DNA of 64,000 nucleotides, from the NCBI RefSeq assembly GCF_026571515.1, contig NW_026858322.1:1-64000 (forward strand), read 5' to 3'. The translations under genes and the position numbers were made by a program. Below, in pieces: positions 31,401-46,216 of the stretch (its first letter is position 1; each line of letters starts with the position of its first letter). The notes under the pieces were generated by a model. The model saw only the letters and a program-made list of their open reading frames with translations, was not told the origin of the DNA and did no database searches. The DNA is from Ruditapes philippinarum. Its lineage: Eukaryota.

Positions 31401-34072
31401 TTGAGATTATTTTCAGCCATTTTCTTTATCATCACGCTCATGTTCAGCACACCTAAACCCCTGACAACAATCATTTATCACAATTAATCCAAAAATTATC
31501 CTAACCTTTTATTTGAATAACAAAAGATTTAACCACAAACGTTGGTCACATGTGGTCTTTCGTTAACAAATATGTTATGGTGAAATTTATCCACTTATCT
31601 CATAATTCAAATTGAAAAGATTTGGTTATGTAGGGATCTATGCATAGACTGCATTAAATGACAATATATGAATGGGTTACTATAAAAAACCTATGTAAAA
31701 GTCTGATAGCATGCCGACCTTTTTACAATAATAGTGCATATTAAAAAAAAAACTGAAAATGAAAATGGTGTCCTCATAAGGGTTTAATCATCATATGTTA
31801 TACCGGAAACCAACATATCTTTTTAAACTGATGCATATTTTAGTGAACCATATGAAGTTGGTCCTCATGTATTTTTTTTTTTTTATTATTTTTTTTTTTT
31901 GAAACTTGGTACATATGCAGATAATAGTGACAGCATTTCAACTATAAATGTTGTCATGTGATCATGCGATAGTTTTATGATGTTTGGACTGATGTATTGC
32001 GTGTAACATGTGGACTAGACTGTATTTTATTCAAATCTACTTGTAACATTTACATTATTACGTAGTGGCAAATACTAGTACTTGTCAAGTTACCAAATAT
32101 TATTTATAATCCGTAACAAATGTATGTTTACTTACTATCCTTTTCAACATTACATACATTTATATTATCATTTCACGGTGACTGCATTTAAATGAAACGC
32201 CCAAAATATTCAAGTTTAATACATCGAGGATTATTTTCGTAAATGATATATAGAACTTTATTTGAAAGACGTGATGAACTGGATAACCTTAACATGTGTT
32301 GAACAGTGATTACCATATATTACTTAGGAAACTGCTTATACCAACTATACAAACGCAATAAAATGTACCGACGGATACGCGCCTGCAGTTACATCAGTGG
32401 GCGCTGTCAGTTTTATCCAATAGAAAGTTTTCAATGTGACACACCTCCACGTGTGCGTATATCCTTCAGGTATGTTTCGATTATTTCCGATATTTACGTA
32501 CCTTCGGGGTAGAAAAGTGATGCAATGTTGTTGATAGGTAATGAAGTGTGCATAGTTGCCTGAATGACAATGAAATATTTCATCATCGCTTTGTTGTTGT
32601 GGTGTGACAGCAGGCGTTCTTGATAGTGACCTTTTTCATATTTTGACGCGCGTAGCTCGCTTAACGCCTCCGATGGGACAATAAATCATTTAAACTACAA
32701 TGTATATATTATAAAGTGCAATTACTACCTTATATTTACGTTCTTAATTGCTATTCTCTGATGATATACTGTTTGTAAACAATACATGTTTTTACTGCAC
32801 TTGCACGTGACAAAAAATGTCCGAAAATATTCACGTAAACAAGAAGTTAAATAGGTATAGTTTTCGTCGCCGATTTATTCTTAAGTCGGTTAGATAATAA
32901 CATACTTACCATGTAAAGCTAATGACCGATTTTTGTTATAAGATATCGACTTTGAAAAATAGCATAAAAATATATTTTAGAAAAACAACAACAACAAAAA
33001 ACATAACAATTTCAAGGACGTGAAAAGTATGCTAACGGAAAACCTTTAGTCAATGGGCTACTTTTTTGTACTGCATAAAGATCCTAAAGTTTGTCACAAG
33101 AATATGAATAATTAATTTAATTCTGGTGAAATTTGTTCGTTTTCATTAAAATTATCAGAAATATTACGTTAATTTACTAGGTTCTAGGACGCACTAATTG
33201 AAATAGTATTGGATAAAAAAGAGAACATTAACTGGAGCTCCGCAAAATTTGCAGATCTTTATTATAGAAAAAGATTATCAGTCTGTAACGCACCATTATA
33301 ATGCAAAATTACGCGGCTATATCGTGCAAACTTTGATTAAGACCACCTCTGGTTTGCGACCGTGTAAAAATAACATGTCTTTAACAACCAGTTTTTCTTT
33401 TGATCAAATTTCAAATCTCATTTACATATTTACAAGAGAAACCCTGGCCATTTTTTCCATTTCTTAATAATACAGATCTTTATAACAACAAAATTGTCTG
33501 CTTATGTTAGACCTGTGTTGATAAACGCTTAATTTAATATAATAAAAATTGGCCCATCCATACACACGCTTCCGAGAAGGTTTTATGCATGTGTGTATAT
33601 CATTTATGAAAATATCCGGCTAAGACGATGAAGAATTTAACTAGATAAGTAATAGGCCATATTTTATAAATATATAATCATTACCCCCTGACGTCTGTAT
33701 ATATAGAGGAAAAGTAGTCATACAAAAATCAAGGAAATCAATTTACGAAACATCCTTTTCTCCTACGAACTGAAAATTTCCATACGTGTAAGTTAGGACT
33801 GAATCATGCGATGAATCGATTTTATATGAATGACGGAAATGTACAGAAATCTAATATTTTTACTTTAAGTTCCTGGTATATTGATTCAGTGACACTTCCA
33901 GATAAAATACGTCTAACAGTTTTGAAACTGCCTTTTTTATCTTGAATAGAATTGCATACTATTTAGAAATACATTTAATGTATATACTAGCAAACACTTA
34001 AATATACTGTCCTAATTTCTGGACAGAAAACAATATCTTGTTTGCTCAGCCTTTTTTCAAAATCAATACGTA

Positions 34073-34100
34073 TGCGCATGCGTCACGGGTATAATATATA
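34073..34100 (+). promoter_or_regulatory. PEPCK promoter 1a: NRF1-like TGCGCATGCG overlapping CRE-like TGCGTCA, then a TATA element
   Basis: Motifs lie upstream of the candidate first exon (ATG 34186). Confidence 0.5.
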
Positions 34101-34185
34101 GAGTGGCCTTCTCTGTGACGAATACATTAGTGCATTGGAAAGTCTAAATGAGTGCGAAACATCAAAAAAGAACAAAATCTCGAAA

Positions 34186-37100
34186 ATGGGAATCGATAAT
34201 ACCACAAGAGTTAAATCGTCGGAAATGTGAGTAGCTTTTATTTTTATTTTTAAATTCGTTTTAGATTAAATAATTTAATTATTTTTCGCTCTTGAAAGAA
34301 ACATTCTTCATTTATCTATTTGGATGTCAAGGTAAGAATTTTACATGATGCAACACTTCAATATTTATACGTTTTAATATCAGATCAGATCAGATCAGGT
34401 GATTTTGTGTTTTTCTCTCTTTTTTATTATTTTCATTCTTTTTTCATTTACGAAGTATATTCATATTCCACTAATTTTATTTAGTCGATGATTATTATTT
34501 TCTAACGTTTTTTTTTCTTTGTAAGGATGGTAGGATTTTAAAGTAGGTGTGTCATTATTACATCATTTATCACATACAACTGAATTCAATGTTAAACATA
34601 TTGTTATTTATATATTAAAGTAGTTGTATTAAATTTTAGAAAAGAACTATTTATGGCAGGCGAAATGTTATCAGTGTAAAACACCAGTGTTTGCGTTGCT
34701 GTTTAAGTCTGTATTAAATAATGACTAGATACGGACGATTAAATAAGTGGAATGGAAACATGAATAAAATATGGATAAATAAATAGTTGTTTGTCGATTT
34801 CGAAAAAAAGTTGTATATTTAATACCATTTTCGAAACAAAGATCCCATTTCTACGTGTCTTTTTCTTTATATTATTCACCAAAAACAATTTGTTTATTCA
34901 TTGTTGTACCAGTTTTATCCCAGCGATCAGCTGTTATTCCGATAGCAAGGTCATTGGAGGCGCTGTCCCAATCAGCCAATGAAATGCGCAGTTTCTCTCA
35001 CACCTCCAATACTGCAGTATAGCGCTGTCCAATCAAATCGTGAGAATCCGTTGCAACTTGCGTCAAAATAACGGCCTTGACATTGTACTTAAAAAATCAC
35101 CATTGCGTCACTCCGAAAAAAGGCCACGGATATATAATTGTTGGATTAAGAAAAGTACAAAGCAAAATTGTCCCGTCTGGTTTAAACCTGTATTGTCTAG
35201 CAGACGATATGCACAACAAGTTAAGAATAAACTTTGAATATTATATGAGATCTGAAAATAACATACAATACGATGTTTACACGTTGCCAACAGTGAGTCA
35301 TGTTAAAGGCCCAATTAGTCTCAAAATGCTAATATTTTTATTTCTCAAAGGTTTTTATTTTTGATGTCTTGATAAAGGTATAGGTGTTCATTGGCCAAAT
35401 TGCTTAACCATCTCTTACTTTTTTGCGCTTGGGCAATAGTAACTTAGTAAATTTTATATGGAAATTTAAAGAAAATACCACTTTAATTTAAATTTTGTTA
35501 CATTTATTACAAATTATTTTACATTTTTTGCAATTTTCTTCATGTGTTAAGCACCTTACATGACCCACACGAAACACAGCTTTGCCCTTTCCACTTTAAA
35601 ATTTTGTTTCTCCATTTCTAATACTTAATTAATATGCCTTCAAATAAAAACCCAAAGAAATAAATTTAACGTTAGTTCATTAACGAATAATCTTATATAA
35701 TTATAGTAATGTACTCATTGTAATGCACAAATCATTTGTAATCCCGGAAAATAGGTGGGGACTTTGACTCTGAGACTAGCAAAAGTTCCAGTAAATTTCT
35801 CTTGTGATCTTTTGTGATCAGCCTAGCTATACCGTATGCGGGTATTGAGATATGACCATTAAGCACTATATAGTGAGTTTAAGAAAGCGGGTCTGATAGC
35901 GGTTCAAGATGTCAACACAATCGAACTAAAATATGTTTAAACTGATATTATGTTTATTTTCATTTGTCATATTTTTCTGTTTGATTTATGTAAGAAAATT
36001 ACATTTTCATGGTTTTAGGTGGAGTTCTTTAAGACATTCACGATTATTAAGCATTCTATATATCTTATTTTATGCGCAAATTCTATATTGATAGGCAACA
36101 AATAAACAGGGGGAGTATATTGAAGATCCTATAGCTGGGATAAAACTAGGCCAGGTTCATTGACCGCCATATGGTGACCTCGCATCGATTTTGTAGGAAA
36201 AATAACGTCACGTAAGGGTTAACGGAAAAGTTTAGCAATCTCTACCGTACGCCGGTAAAAACCGGAAAACAGGACTTTTTACAAAATACGATCTATAAAT
36301 AATTAAATATCGGGTATTCGTCATTTCTTTGTTCATAGAACTCAAAAGGCAGTAATGAATCAATATGTATGTGTATGATGTAGGCGGGGGGAGTGGGGGG
36401 GGGGAGAGAGAGGTGTTTTAAATAGGTCTTTAACCTCTGCATAAAATTACCGGACTAAACTGGTGATTTTCATAGTTAAATTGTTTTTTTTTTTTTTTTT
36501 TAGAATATTTTCTTGCAGTTTTGACTGTAAAAGCACATTCAGCTACGACTTTCAATATTGAAAATGGAAATAATGTGTTTTGTAATATTTTGATAAGAGC
36601 GCTGACTGTGAAATGATTAAAAAAACGTGTCTCTATAACGTGTCTCTTTAACTGTCGTTATAAGCTTTGACTGAACTCTTGCTTTTGGATATTTGGAAAT
36701 AAATAGTTTTTTATGAGAAATGAAATGTTTACACGCATTTGTTTTACTTATTGGCTTTAAATAGGTGTCCGCACCAATCCTCGGTAACAGTATACCGTAA
36801 ACCAGTATTAAAATGTAGTATATACGGAATGTGAACGAAGCTCAAACTCTTTAAGGTATTGCACCCCTAATTGGCAAAATATAGAAATAAAAAATGACAA
36901 GTTTACGTTTAAGGTAAACACCCCTAATTGGCGATATAAGAGACTTTATAAATAACAAGTTTAAGTTTAAAGTAGTACACCCCTAATTGGCGATTTAAGG
37001 AACTTTAAAAATGACAAGTTTGCGTTTAAGGTTGCACACCCCTAATTGGCAACGTAAAAAACTTATTTGCTTTAATTTGGTGACAGATAAATTAGTATAG

Positions 37101-38442
37101 TTGCAGCAATAACCTAATTTGTAACTGGCAACATAACGCCTATAGTTGTCACATGACAATTACAAATTCAGTATAAAAACCGCAACTAACATCTCGTGAT
37201 ATCTTGATCTAACAATATATACCACTATAAAGTAATAAAGTACTCTCCTTGTAAGTAAATTATCAAAATAAATCAGACAAGACAAAATTGACATGTGGTC
37301 GCCTTAACGTTCGGTTAGTACATTCGATATATCAAAGCACTGAAGTACAGAATACGTCCGGTATCAGTCACTATGTAGTTGACGCACCGCATAACGTAAA
37401 GTTCTTAAAGCGGCCTTTTCTAAAGGTTAAATATGTTATTTTTAGATAAATCGTTTCATATAATTAATCAAAAGAATGAAGGTTGAAAATGAAACTTGCC
37501 ATCGTTTAATACTTAAGCAATCCCTTGATCAATACCTCTTATCTACTGGTGCACTCTTTATGTAAATAAGTAAAGCGGACGATTCGTTTCTCGATATTCT
37601 ATTTTTAGAAATGAACGTCACTGTCGCGTTATAAATATGCACTTTTCCAAGATAAATTAAATTTTACTGAAATACTTATTTAAACAGAATTGATTTTCCA
37701 ACAAAAAAATAAAAGCTGAATGTCGCTTTAAAACTATAAATCTGAAACAAATTAAAGATAGTTAATACCGTTTCTTTTTTTTTTCTTTCTTTTTTAAGTA
37801 AAAATTTTCCATTCGAAATGCAACATTTTCTGTTGGAATAATAACCATGATGAATAGTGGTTAAATAATTGTCACTTAGTTTGTACTTTTAAACACTGAA
37901 AGTACTTTTAAGGCAAGAACAGATGGATTGTCGTTGTAAAAAGAAAAGAAATAGAAGGTCTATCAGTCTGCGTAAACTATATTTGATAGATTCTAATATA
38001 TAATTATATTTTTAGATGACCTCGAATTTACTTAAAGAAATTACAGGTATTCTGTTTGAAATATTACGGTTTAACCACTGGATGTAGGCAAGACTTTGTA
38101 TATTTTTTTCCATTCCAGGTTTGCTTCGCATTTCCTTAACGAGTCCGCAAAGTCGGACAAGTATGCCAGCGTTATTGAGCATCAGAAAGCATACACCGTA
38201 CTGTACGGAAACCTGAACAAACTTCCAGCCCGTGTGCGGTATTTTGTTGAGGAAAATGCTAAAGTCTGTCAGCCGGATACGATTCATATATGTGACGGCA
38301 CGGACCGGGAGAAAGACCTTCTTTACTATATACTGCAACGAGATGGGACCATCAAGCCACTGCCAAAATATGAAAACTGGTAAGGAATACTTAATTATAA
38401 AAATAGGTCATAGCATTTTTTTCTCATTTTTTCTTTATTTAT

Positions 38443-38473
<31 letters not shown>

Positions 38474-41400
38474 TACATGAACATTAGGCAATGATGTAGA
38501 CAAGAGTTATTTTCTTCATATAAGAGCAAAATGTTTACAAATTACTTGCCATTAAGTAAAATAACGAGCAATAAAAAGGAGGCAATACTTTCAAAAGACT
38601 GTTTTATATTTTTAATGCATTAAAATGCTTTATGGGTATTCAAGTGCCCGTATGTGATTATTACAGAAATTTAACTTGTTAAAATGATATTTCACAGACA
38701 ATTTTTCTAAGTGTTCATGAAATATATGAAATAACTTAAACAGCTAATTGTGTATGTTTGTTTATGTCATAATGTAGTGAAAAGTTTGATAAGTTTATCT
38801 TTTTAAGAACCCTTATTGTCATAGATACTTTATGCAACTTGCTTAAAAACGGATCAAACTTCTTTGTTTTCCCCTGCACCCGCTCCGTCCCTCCCAGAAA
38901 CTTCGAAATTATGAATAAAGAAAAACAGAAGTCAGTAATGTACATTTTTCTTCCAGTTGGTTGACTTCTACGGACCCAGCAGACGTTGCCCGAGTTGAGA
39001 GTCGAACATTTATATCGACACAAGAGGAACATGACACCGTACCGAGATCCAAACCAGGGATCAAGTGCACCCTTGGCAACTGGATGTCTCCCACAGACTT
39101 GCAGTCCGCTCTTGACACCAGATTTCCTGGCTGTATGAAAGGTATATACAAGCATTTTCAAAACTGACTTTCAGAATATAAAACAGGAATTTTGAAATCA
39201 CTTAGTAAACGATAAAATCCTAAAAATATTTTCTGTTTGTAAATATGGTAGTAATTGTGGACGTCATACTATTTTCCATAAATGTTTAAAGCAAGATTCT
39301 ATTTCATTCTAAAAAAATATTTATTATTATTTTGTTGTTGTTGGTGCTAAAATCAAAATAGTAGTTTAAGATTTTAGCTCTTGACTTGCAAAAAAGTTTA
39401 TTGGTTTAGTAAACACTACAGTAATTTGTGCGTATCAAATGGTAATAAATAATTACATATTTTTTTTTAAGTGTCTTCAGTTTTATTACAAAAAATATAA
39501 AATATATAAAATGTGTTTCAGGTCGCACAATGTACGTAATACCATTTAGCATGGGCCCAGTTGGTTCCAAACTTTCCAAAATTGGTGTCCAGCTCACAGA
39601 TTCAGCCTATGTTGTTGTCAGTATGCGTGTAATGACCCGGATTGGTTCCCGCGTGCTAGATGCACTGAAAGACGGCGAGTTCATAAAATGCCTTCATTCT
39701 GTGGGCAAACCTATAACGCCAGGGATCAGTGGTAAGAAATTAAAAACAAAAGAAATAAAAGAAATAAAAAAACGAAAAAAATGAAAAAAAAAAAAAACGA
39801 AAAAAAAAAAGAAGAAGAAAAAAAAACAGAAACAGAAGAAAAAAAATCTTACTTGATGTTTTCAGATGTATTCTAATTATAATGTTTTCTGTGAAAGGTA
39901 ACTGTTTGCAAATCAAACGTCTGCAAACTATCTCTATCAGCTGCAATTCTTTTGAAACTGAATACATTTGTACATTTATTCTTGCGTTTCTTCCCATGTT
40001 GACTTTATTGGAATATCGGAATTTTCCAAAAGTTATTCCAGTAGAAATCTATGGTGTTGTCAGAACAAATTAGATGGAAAATTAGCTACACATGAACGTG
40101 TAGACATTGTCTTCAGTGTTGGACGCTTTGGTAATAAATGAAGATTCTGCTGTAAAAAATATTGCCTTTTAGGATTTATGACCTCTAAACTGCTTCTAAT
40201 TTCAGCCGGAAATGCTATGACATCATGGCCATGTAATCCAAGGGACACAATCGTCGCTCATCTTCCGGAACGAAACGAGATCTGTTCGTATGGAAGCGGT
40301 TATGGTGGAAACTCGTTGCTAGGCAAGAAGTGCTTTGCACTTCGACTGGGTTCTATTTTAGCTAGAAGGGAAGGATGGTTTGCCGAACATATGTTGGTAA
40401 GTCTATTTCACAAGATTTAGTAATAAAGACATTAGTGTTAATGAATTTTTCCCATTTGAATTGAGCCAATCTTAAATATTAAGAGGGGATTTTTTAGATA
40501 ATGAAAGTTTTAAGATCTTGCAACAATTTGAATTAAAGTTCAGATCTGCTTGTGTTTCAATGTACCAAAGTATTTTTAATCAGATTGGATAAGTTGATAA
40601 CTGTATCTGTAGGCACTTAAAATAATTGCATTCTATGTGTTCGATATTTTGGATCATACCCTTTAATAAATCGCCATAAGTTAGTAACATTTTATATATT
40701 CATTGCACAGATAATGGGGGTTGAAAATCCGAAAGGTCAGAAGAAATACTTTGCGGCAGCTTTTCCTAGCGCTTGCGGAAAAACAAACCTGGCGATGATG
40801 GAACCAACGTTGCCGGGATACAAGGTCACGTGTGTAGGGGACGATATCGCGTGGATGAGATTTGATGAACATGGTCAGTTGCGTGCTATAAATCCGGAGG
40901 CTGGTTTCTTCGGTGTCGCTCCAGGTATGTGAAGCTGTATTACAATTGTATGGATAAAGATTAAAGTAAATTGAGCGGAATTAGGTCACAGATTCGTGCA
41001 ATTTTCTTACAATGCCCCATTGGTACAATATAAAGTTTTCTGTAGAGATCTAAAACCTTTGCTTGTCTACGATTTTTATATTATATGATAATTCCTTTTA
41101 CGGATTCAATGTTAAAAATATAGATGTTCCTATGGTAGGTATGAAAGTGGCCGTTTCTTTTATCCGGTGCAGAGACCTTATTTCAAAACCTAACATACAG
41201 TGTTTTCAGGTATTTAAAATGTACTTTTATGCTGGTGAATTTTTACAAAAATATCATTGTCAAATTACAGGAACGTCAATGAAAACCAATCCTAATGCGA
41301 TGCGATCTGTACTAAAGAACAGTATATTTACCAACGTAGCGTCTACAAATGATGGCGGTGTATTCTGGGAAGGAATGGAATCGGAAGTACCGGATAATGC

Positions 41401-42462
41401 CTCGATCACGTCCTGGACGGGTACGGAAAATTGGACCAAAGATACCGGCAAAACGGCTGCACATCCAAACTCTAGATTCTGTACCCCGGCAGATCAGTGT
41501 CCAATCATTGATGAGAACTGGGAGAATCCAGAAGGAGTACCCATCGAGGGTATTATATTTGGTGGAAGGCGACCGGAAGGTGTCCCTTTGGTATATGAGG
41601 CGTTCGATTGGCAACATGGCGTATTTGTCGGCGCTTCTTTAAAATCTGAGACCACAGCTGCCGCTGAGTACAAAGGTAAAACAAAAATGCATGTACCAAA
41701 TGCTGCTTATACTTTTGAAGAAGTCTTGTTTTGTTTACACTGACATACACTTTCTTTGTACGCTCATTCGTTTAGATCTTCCCATACAGAACAATACAAT
41801 GTATATACAATGTACAATTATCTCGTAGGTTAACCGTCGTTTTTTAGACAGCTTTTCTGACAGAAATAAATTGGAAATGATTAAACTTTTACATGACTAA
41901 TTGCCAGTGTAATAATAATACTTTTTAGTAAAAAATAAAATTTATTAATGCATTTACACGTTTAAGTAGCCATATTAAATTTCATACATTTTACATAATT
42001 TCAGGTAAAGCCATCATGCACGATCCGTTTGCTATGCGACCATTTTTTGGATACAATTTTGGTCATTATCTGGATCATTGGCTCAGTTTCCAGAACAAAC
42101 CGGAAGTTCACCTACCAAAGATCTTCCATGTCAACTGGTTCCGAAAAGGTCCAGATGGATTTCTGTGGCCAGGATTCGGCGAAAATTCGCGAGTATTGGA
42201 CTGGATGTTTCGTCGTATAGACGGGGAAGACTGTGCTATGACGTCAGCCGTTGGCCTAATTCCAAAGCCAGGATCCATCAACATGTCCGGGCTAGAACAG
42301 GAAGTGGACGAAGACGCTTTATTTGATCTTTCTAAGGAATTCTGGGAAGCGGAAGTGAAAGAACTTGGGAAATATTTTGATGAGCAAGTCGGTGAAGATT
42401 TGCCGTCAAGTATACGACAAGAATTGTGTAACCTTGGAGAGAGAGTTAACAGTGACTTGTAA
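34186..42462 (+). CDS. PCK: Phosphoenolpyruvate carboxykinase (GTP); exons 34186-34226 (candidate first), 38119-38379, 38957-39141, 39522-39731, 40206-40396, 40711-40924, 41271-41675, 42005-42462
   Basis: Motifs [100 protein letters not shown]; phases consistent; choice of first exon is less certain. Confidence 0.95.
34960..35292 (+). promoter_or_regulatory. Candidate alternative PEPCK promoter and first exon 1b
   Basis: Four CCAAT boxes, two TTGCGTCA, TATATAA at 35131, ATG 35273 with donor GTGAGT at 35293 in the phase needed by exon 2. Confidence 0.45.
36860..37052. repeat. ~58-bp degenerate tandem repeat, 4 copies (CACCCCTAATTGGC..ACAAGTTT)
   Basis: Core motif at about 36862, 36919, 36978 and 37037. 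Confidence 0.8.
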
Positions 42463-44259
42463 TATGATTGTTTTTGATGTTATATATATATAACATGAAT
42501 CTCATAATCTTTGTAACATACAAATAGTAAAACAGATGGCCCTGTTCCAAATCAATGCACATGGAAAGAAAGTGAGGTATTCCGAACAAACACATTCCTC
42601 ATTAAAATGACTCAGCGATTTTAATCTTTTTCTTTCAGTTCTTGAATATTAAACTCTTTTTTTTTCTTTTTTTGACCTTCCCACCGATTTATTTTTGTCT
42701 TAGTTGATCTGAATACATGAACGATTTTTTTTTCAAAATTAATTCTTGTTTAAGTTTTATTTTCGCAAGAAAGGTCATTTGTTTTGCCATCATATCAAAA
42801 CATCATGAAATAAAAAATACATTTGATAGTTTATATAAAGGACTGCTGAAGAAAAAAGAACCTACTTGATAAGTCAGTTTTATGTTTATTACATTGACTT
42901 GTGTTTTATTTCAAACAAAATGTTCTTTCATTGCATACTGTAATTGTGACAATGTTTAAAATTACAAAATAATGTGTTGTTGTGTGTTTGAAATTTTGAA
43001 TTCTTGCCATTTGATATCATTATTTATATTAATGACCCGATGAAATTGCTGCATAATCTTGGGTTCATGCACTTAGCACAAAAACTTCAAAAAAATATTG
43101 TGCGAAGATTATTCCATGACATTAAAGCTTATTTATTGACAATCATTAAAAGAATTGTATCTTTTTTATTGCAATTATTATGTAACTATTCTCATCTAAA
43201 ACTCGTGCCATACTCAAGATGGAACATTATTTCGTTCTGTGTATACCGGTCACTGGAAAAAAACATTTCTTTACGAAATTTATACTCTCAGAATACAACA
43301 AAAATGACACTAGGATAAGCTGGAAAAGAATATTAATGAAAGAAGATATGAATAATATAACCAAATTATCTGAAAACAAATACATTACAAAATAAAACCA
43401 AGAACAGATCTCATTTTCACATAATTATGAATAAAGTGGGCATATTTTATAATAGAAGTTACGAATGCGGCAATAGAATTAAGATTTAATTAACACAATG
43501 TAAATTGTTACAAATGAGTATTGGTACAAATTAGTATTGGTACCAATTAGTATTGGTACAAATGAGAATCGGTACAAATTAGTATTTTTTAAATTAGTAT
43601 AGCAATATTTAAGTCTATACAGCCAATAATAATGTATTAAAACATGTTCACGTATGACTTTCTAATCATTCTTGAAGTGATTGATACGTCAGTATTGAAA
43701 CTTTTGTAGATGACTAAATTCGCAAGTGTTATATGGTATTCCAGCGAGTACGTGAAAACAATAGTTTAGCTGGGCATACAGGAGTGTTTATAACGGAAGT
43801 GTTGTGAACTATTTCGCTTTTTGATCTCATATTTGTGTGTAATTATGTACTTTAAAGAATCTATGAAATGTTACTACATTAGAATGCATTTATTAAACCA
43901 TTGTTATTGATATATATAGAGCTACTGTATATATACTTATATGAAATAATAAAACAAAAAATAAAATAAAAAGTCTTCATATAACAATTAGCTATTTGTA
44001 TTGTCTATTTTGTTACCCACAAAAAGTCTATGTTGACTATTGAATGTTATATTACCTTATAAGCTTATTGAAACACGTTCGAATCTGTGCCTTGAAACAA
44101 CCAGTGCTATAAGTAATAAATGTACAGTTTCTTGCTAAATGAAACAACGGCTTACCCTTGACAGGGTTTGAATACTAGTCCGACGCGATAACCACTCGGC
44201 CATGCTACCACAAAGACTCTTTATATTATAGTATTATATTCACTCCATGAAATATTTCC

Positions 44260-44550
44260 AGCGCGCATAGCAATCGGTTAGAGCGAGACTTGTAATCTCG
44301 ACATTGCGGGTTTGATTCCAGGGCTGACTAACTAAAATTACTAATCAGTCTTTCGGATGAGACTTTAAAAATAAATCGAGGTCCCGTGTATGGGTGCTTA
44401 AACACTTGCCACGCTAAAGAACCAAGAGAAGCTTCTGGAATTGGGGTGTTTTTTCTGTATCTATGATTGCACTATCAACTAAAATATAAAATGACTAATA
44501 CTCTTCTGGAGGACTCGCCCATAGGCAATGGGCAACCGGTGGCGAGTTAA
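44260..44550 (+). mobile_element. tRNA-derived SINE with V-domain-like core
   Basis: tRNA-like head (GGTTAGAGCG..GGTTTGATTCC) followed by GTCTTTCGGATGAGAC..CGAGGTCCCGTGT. Confidence 0.55.
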
Positions 44551-44873
44551 ATACACATGAAACATTTAATGCGTTGCCATGCACGACCATCTGTATTGCG
44601 GCTTGACAGTTATAGTAACATGAAAGCATATAAAGTCAAAATAAAGCGGGATTTGAACCCACATCGGGGCTTTGTATCTTGATTTAACCTTTTTTGTATT
44701 GAAAGTCACATGCAGGACAGGGTGACCCGGATTCACAGTTCTGTATTTTTATTAAGCAATAGAAAGCCTTTCATAATGGCATACATGGAACAATGTCACA
44801 CCCAGAGAAATAGCCAGCAACCTGACCATGTAACTGTACAGTTTGCTGATATGTACGTTAAGCTTTTGTATCC

Positions 44874-45244
44874 TTAAAGGCCCATTATGCCTCAGAAATT
44901 TTTTTTTTATTTCACAAAACCTTAAATGTTCGGTATCTTGTTACAGTTTCCAAAAAAATACTCATTTGTCATATAGATGAACTACATGTATCTTTGCTTC
45001 TTTTGGCAATAGTTGGCAATTGGTATAACTATAGTGAATTAGTATTTTGTATGGAAGTCAAAATATTATACTTTGTTTACATCGTACTGCCTTTACGACA
45101 CATTACTTGCATCCATAGCTAATTTCTTTAGCTGTTGAACATCTTACATGCTCTAAATCCATTATTAAAACATTATTAATATTATGTTTGGCATTTCTAG
45201 AGAAGTTAATAAATATGGATTTCTAAGGAATAATGTGCCTTTAA
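44874..45244. mobile_element. TTAA-flanked MITE (Kolobok-like)
   Basis: TTAA-AGGCCCATTATGCCTCAGAAA ... TTTCTAAGGAATAATGTGCCT-TTAA. Confidence 0.6.
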
Positions 45245-46216
45245 ATAATAAAAAATCTGGAATTGACATTTGCAAATTCAAAACTGAAGGTTTTACGTTA
45301 GACGAAAAAAAGAAAAACGTTTTAAAGTTCATAATTTCAAATTTGCCAAACAGTAGCAGCGAATACATTTGTAATTTCTCCATGTTAAAATCACTCTAGT
45401 GCAATCTATGCAGACTGGCCCTCTATAGCATAGAGGAATATGTTAAGCTCTTCCCAAAGTAAGACTTTACAATAGATAACCTCCATAGAGCAAACACCTT
45501 ACAGCAACAACCGAATTCTTTATCCTAGAAAGGATTTTGGCTGTTCTATAGCGGTTGTACTGTATTTTCTGCCATTTTTTTTAAAGCTGACCTGGTGAGT
45601 TAGCAGTAACGGACTTATATAATTGCTACAAGATGCCGCGTCCTCAAGTGCATGCGTAAGTTCTTTTAATTTACATAAACCCAACAAAAAAACCTCATAT
45701 TAACATGAATCACCGCCCGGGAGGGGTAACACTCGACTTTCTCAACTTTTTCTAATCGGTCTAAACAAGTCAAGAAAATTAAAGAAAAAACGTTTTTTTC
45801 ATTTTTACTTTATAAGGGGTGGTCCAAGTATGAAGTATCAAAAGGTTGTTTTGTCCCAGTATGAATATAATTCATTCAATAATTACCAAGTTACAGTCAA
45901 TTATAGACAGAATATACAGGGAAATTCAATAATTGAACCTTCAAAATCAAAATTAGCCAAGGTCAATTTGAGTTTGATGTACATGAGGTTCTTATCCTAA
46001 AGAATGTTGTATCTTGATATAAAGTAAATTCATTTATTAATAACAATTGAAGTTATAGCCAGTAACAGCCAAATTTTTTTTTTTCAATAATATGACCTTT
46101 AAGTATAAAATGTGACATTCTTCTTATCTTATTATGTTTAAGGTCAGTTGAAGATCTATAAAGATAGCTCTACATTGTAAAACTTGACAAACAATATTCA
46201 TTTATATAGCGTAAAA

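Noticed and set aside
38016-38046. AG/GT-bounded 31-nt candidate PEPCK mini-exon
   Set aside because: It contains stops in two frames, and the open frame does not join exon 2 in phase
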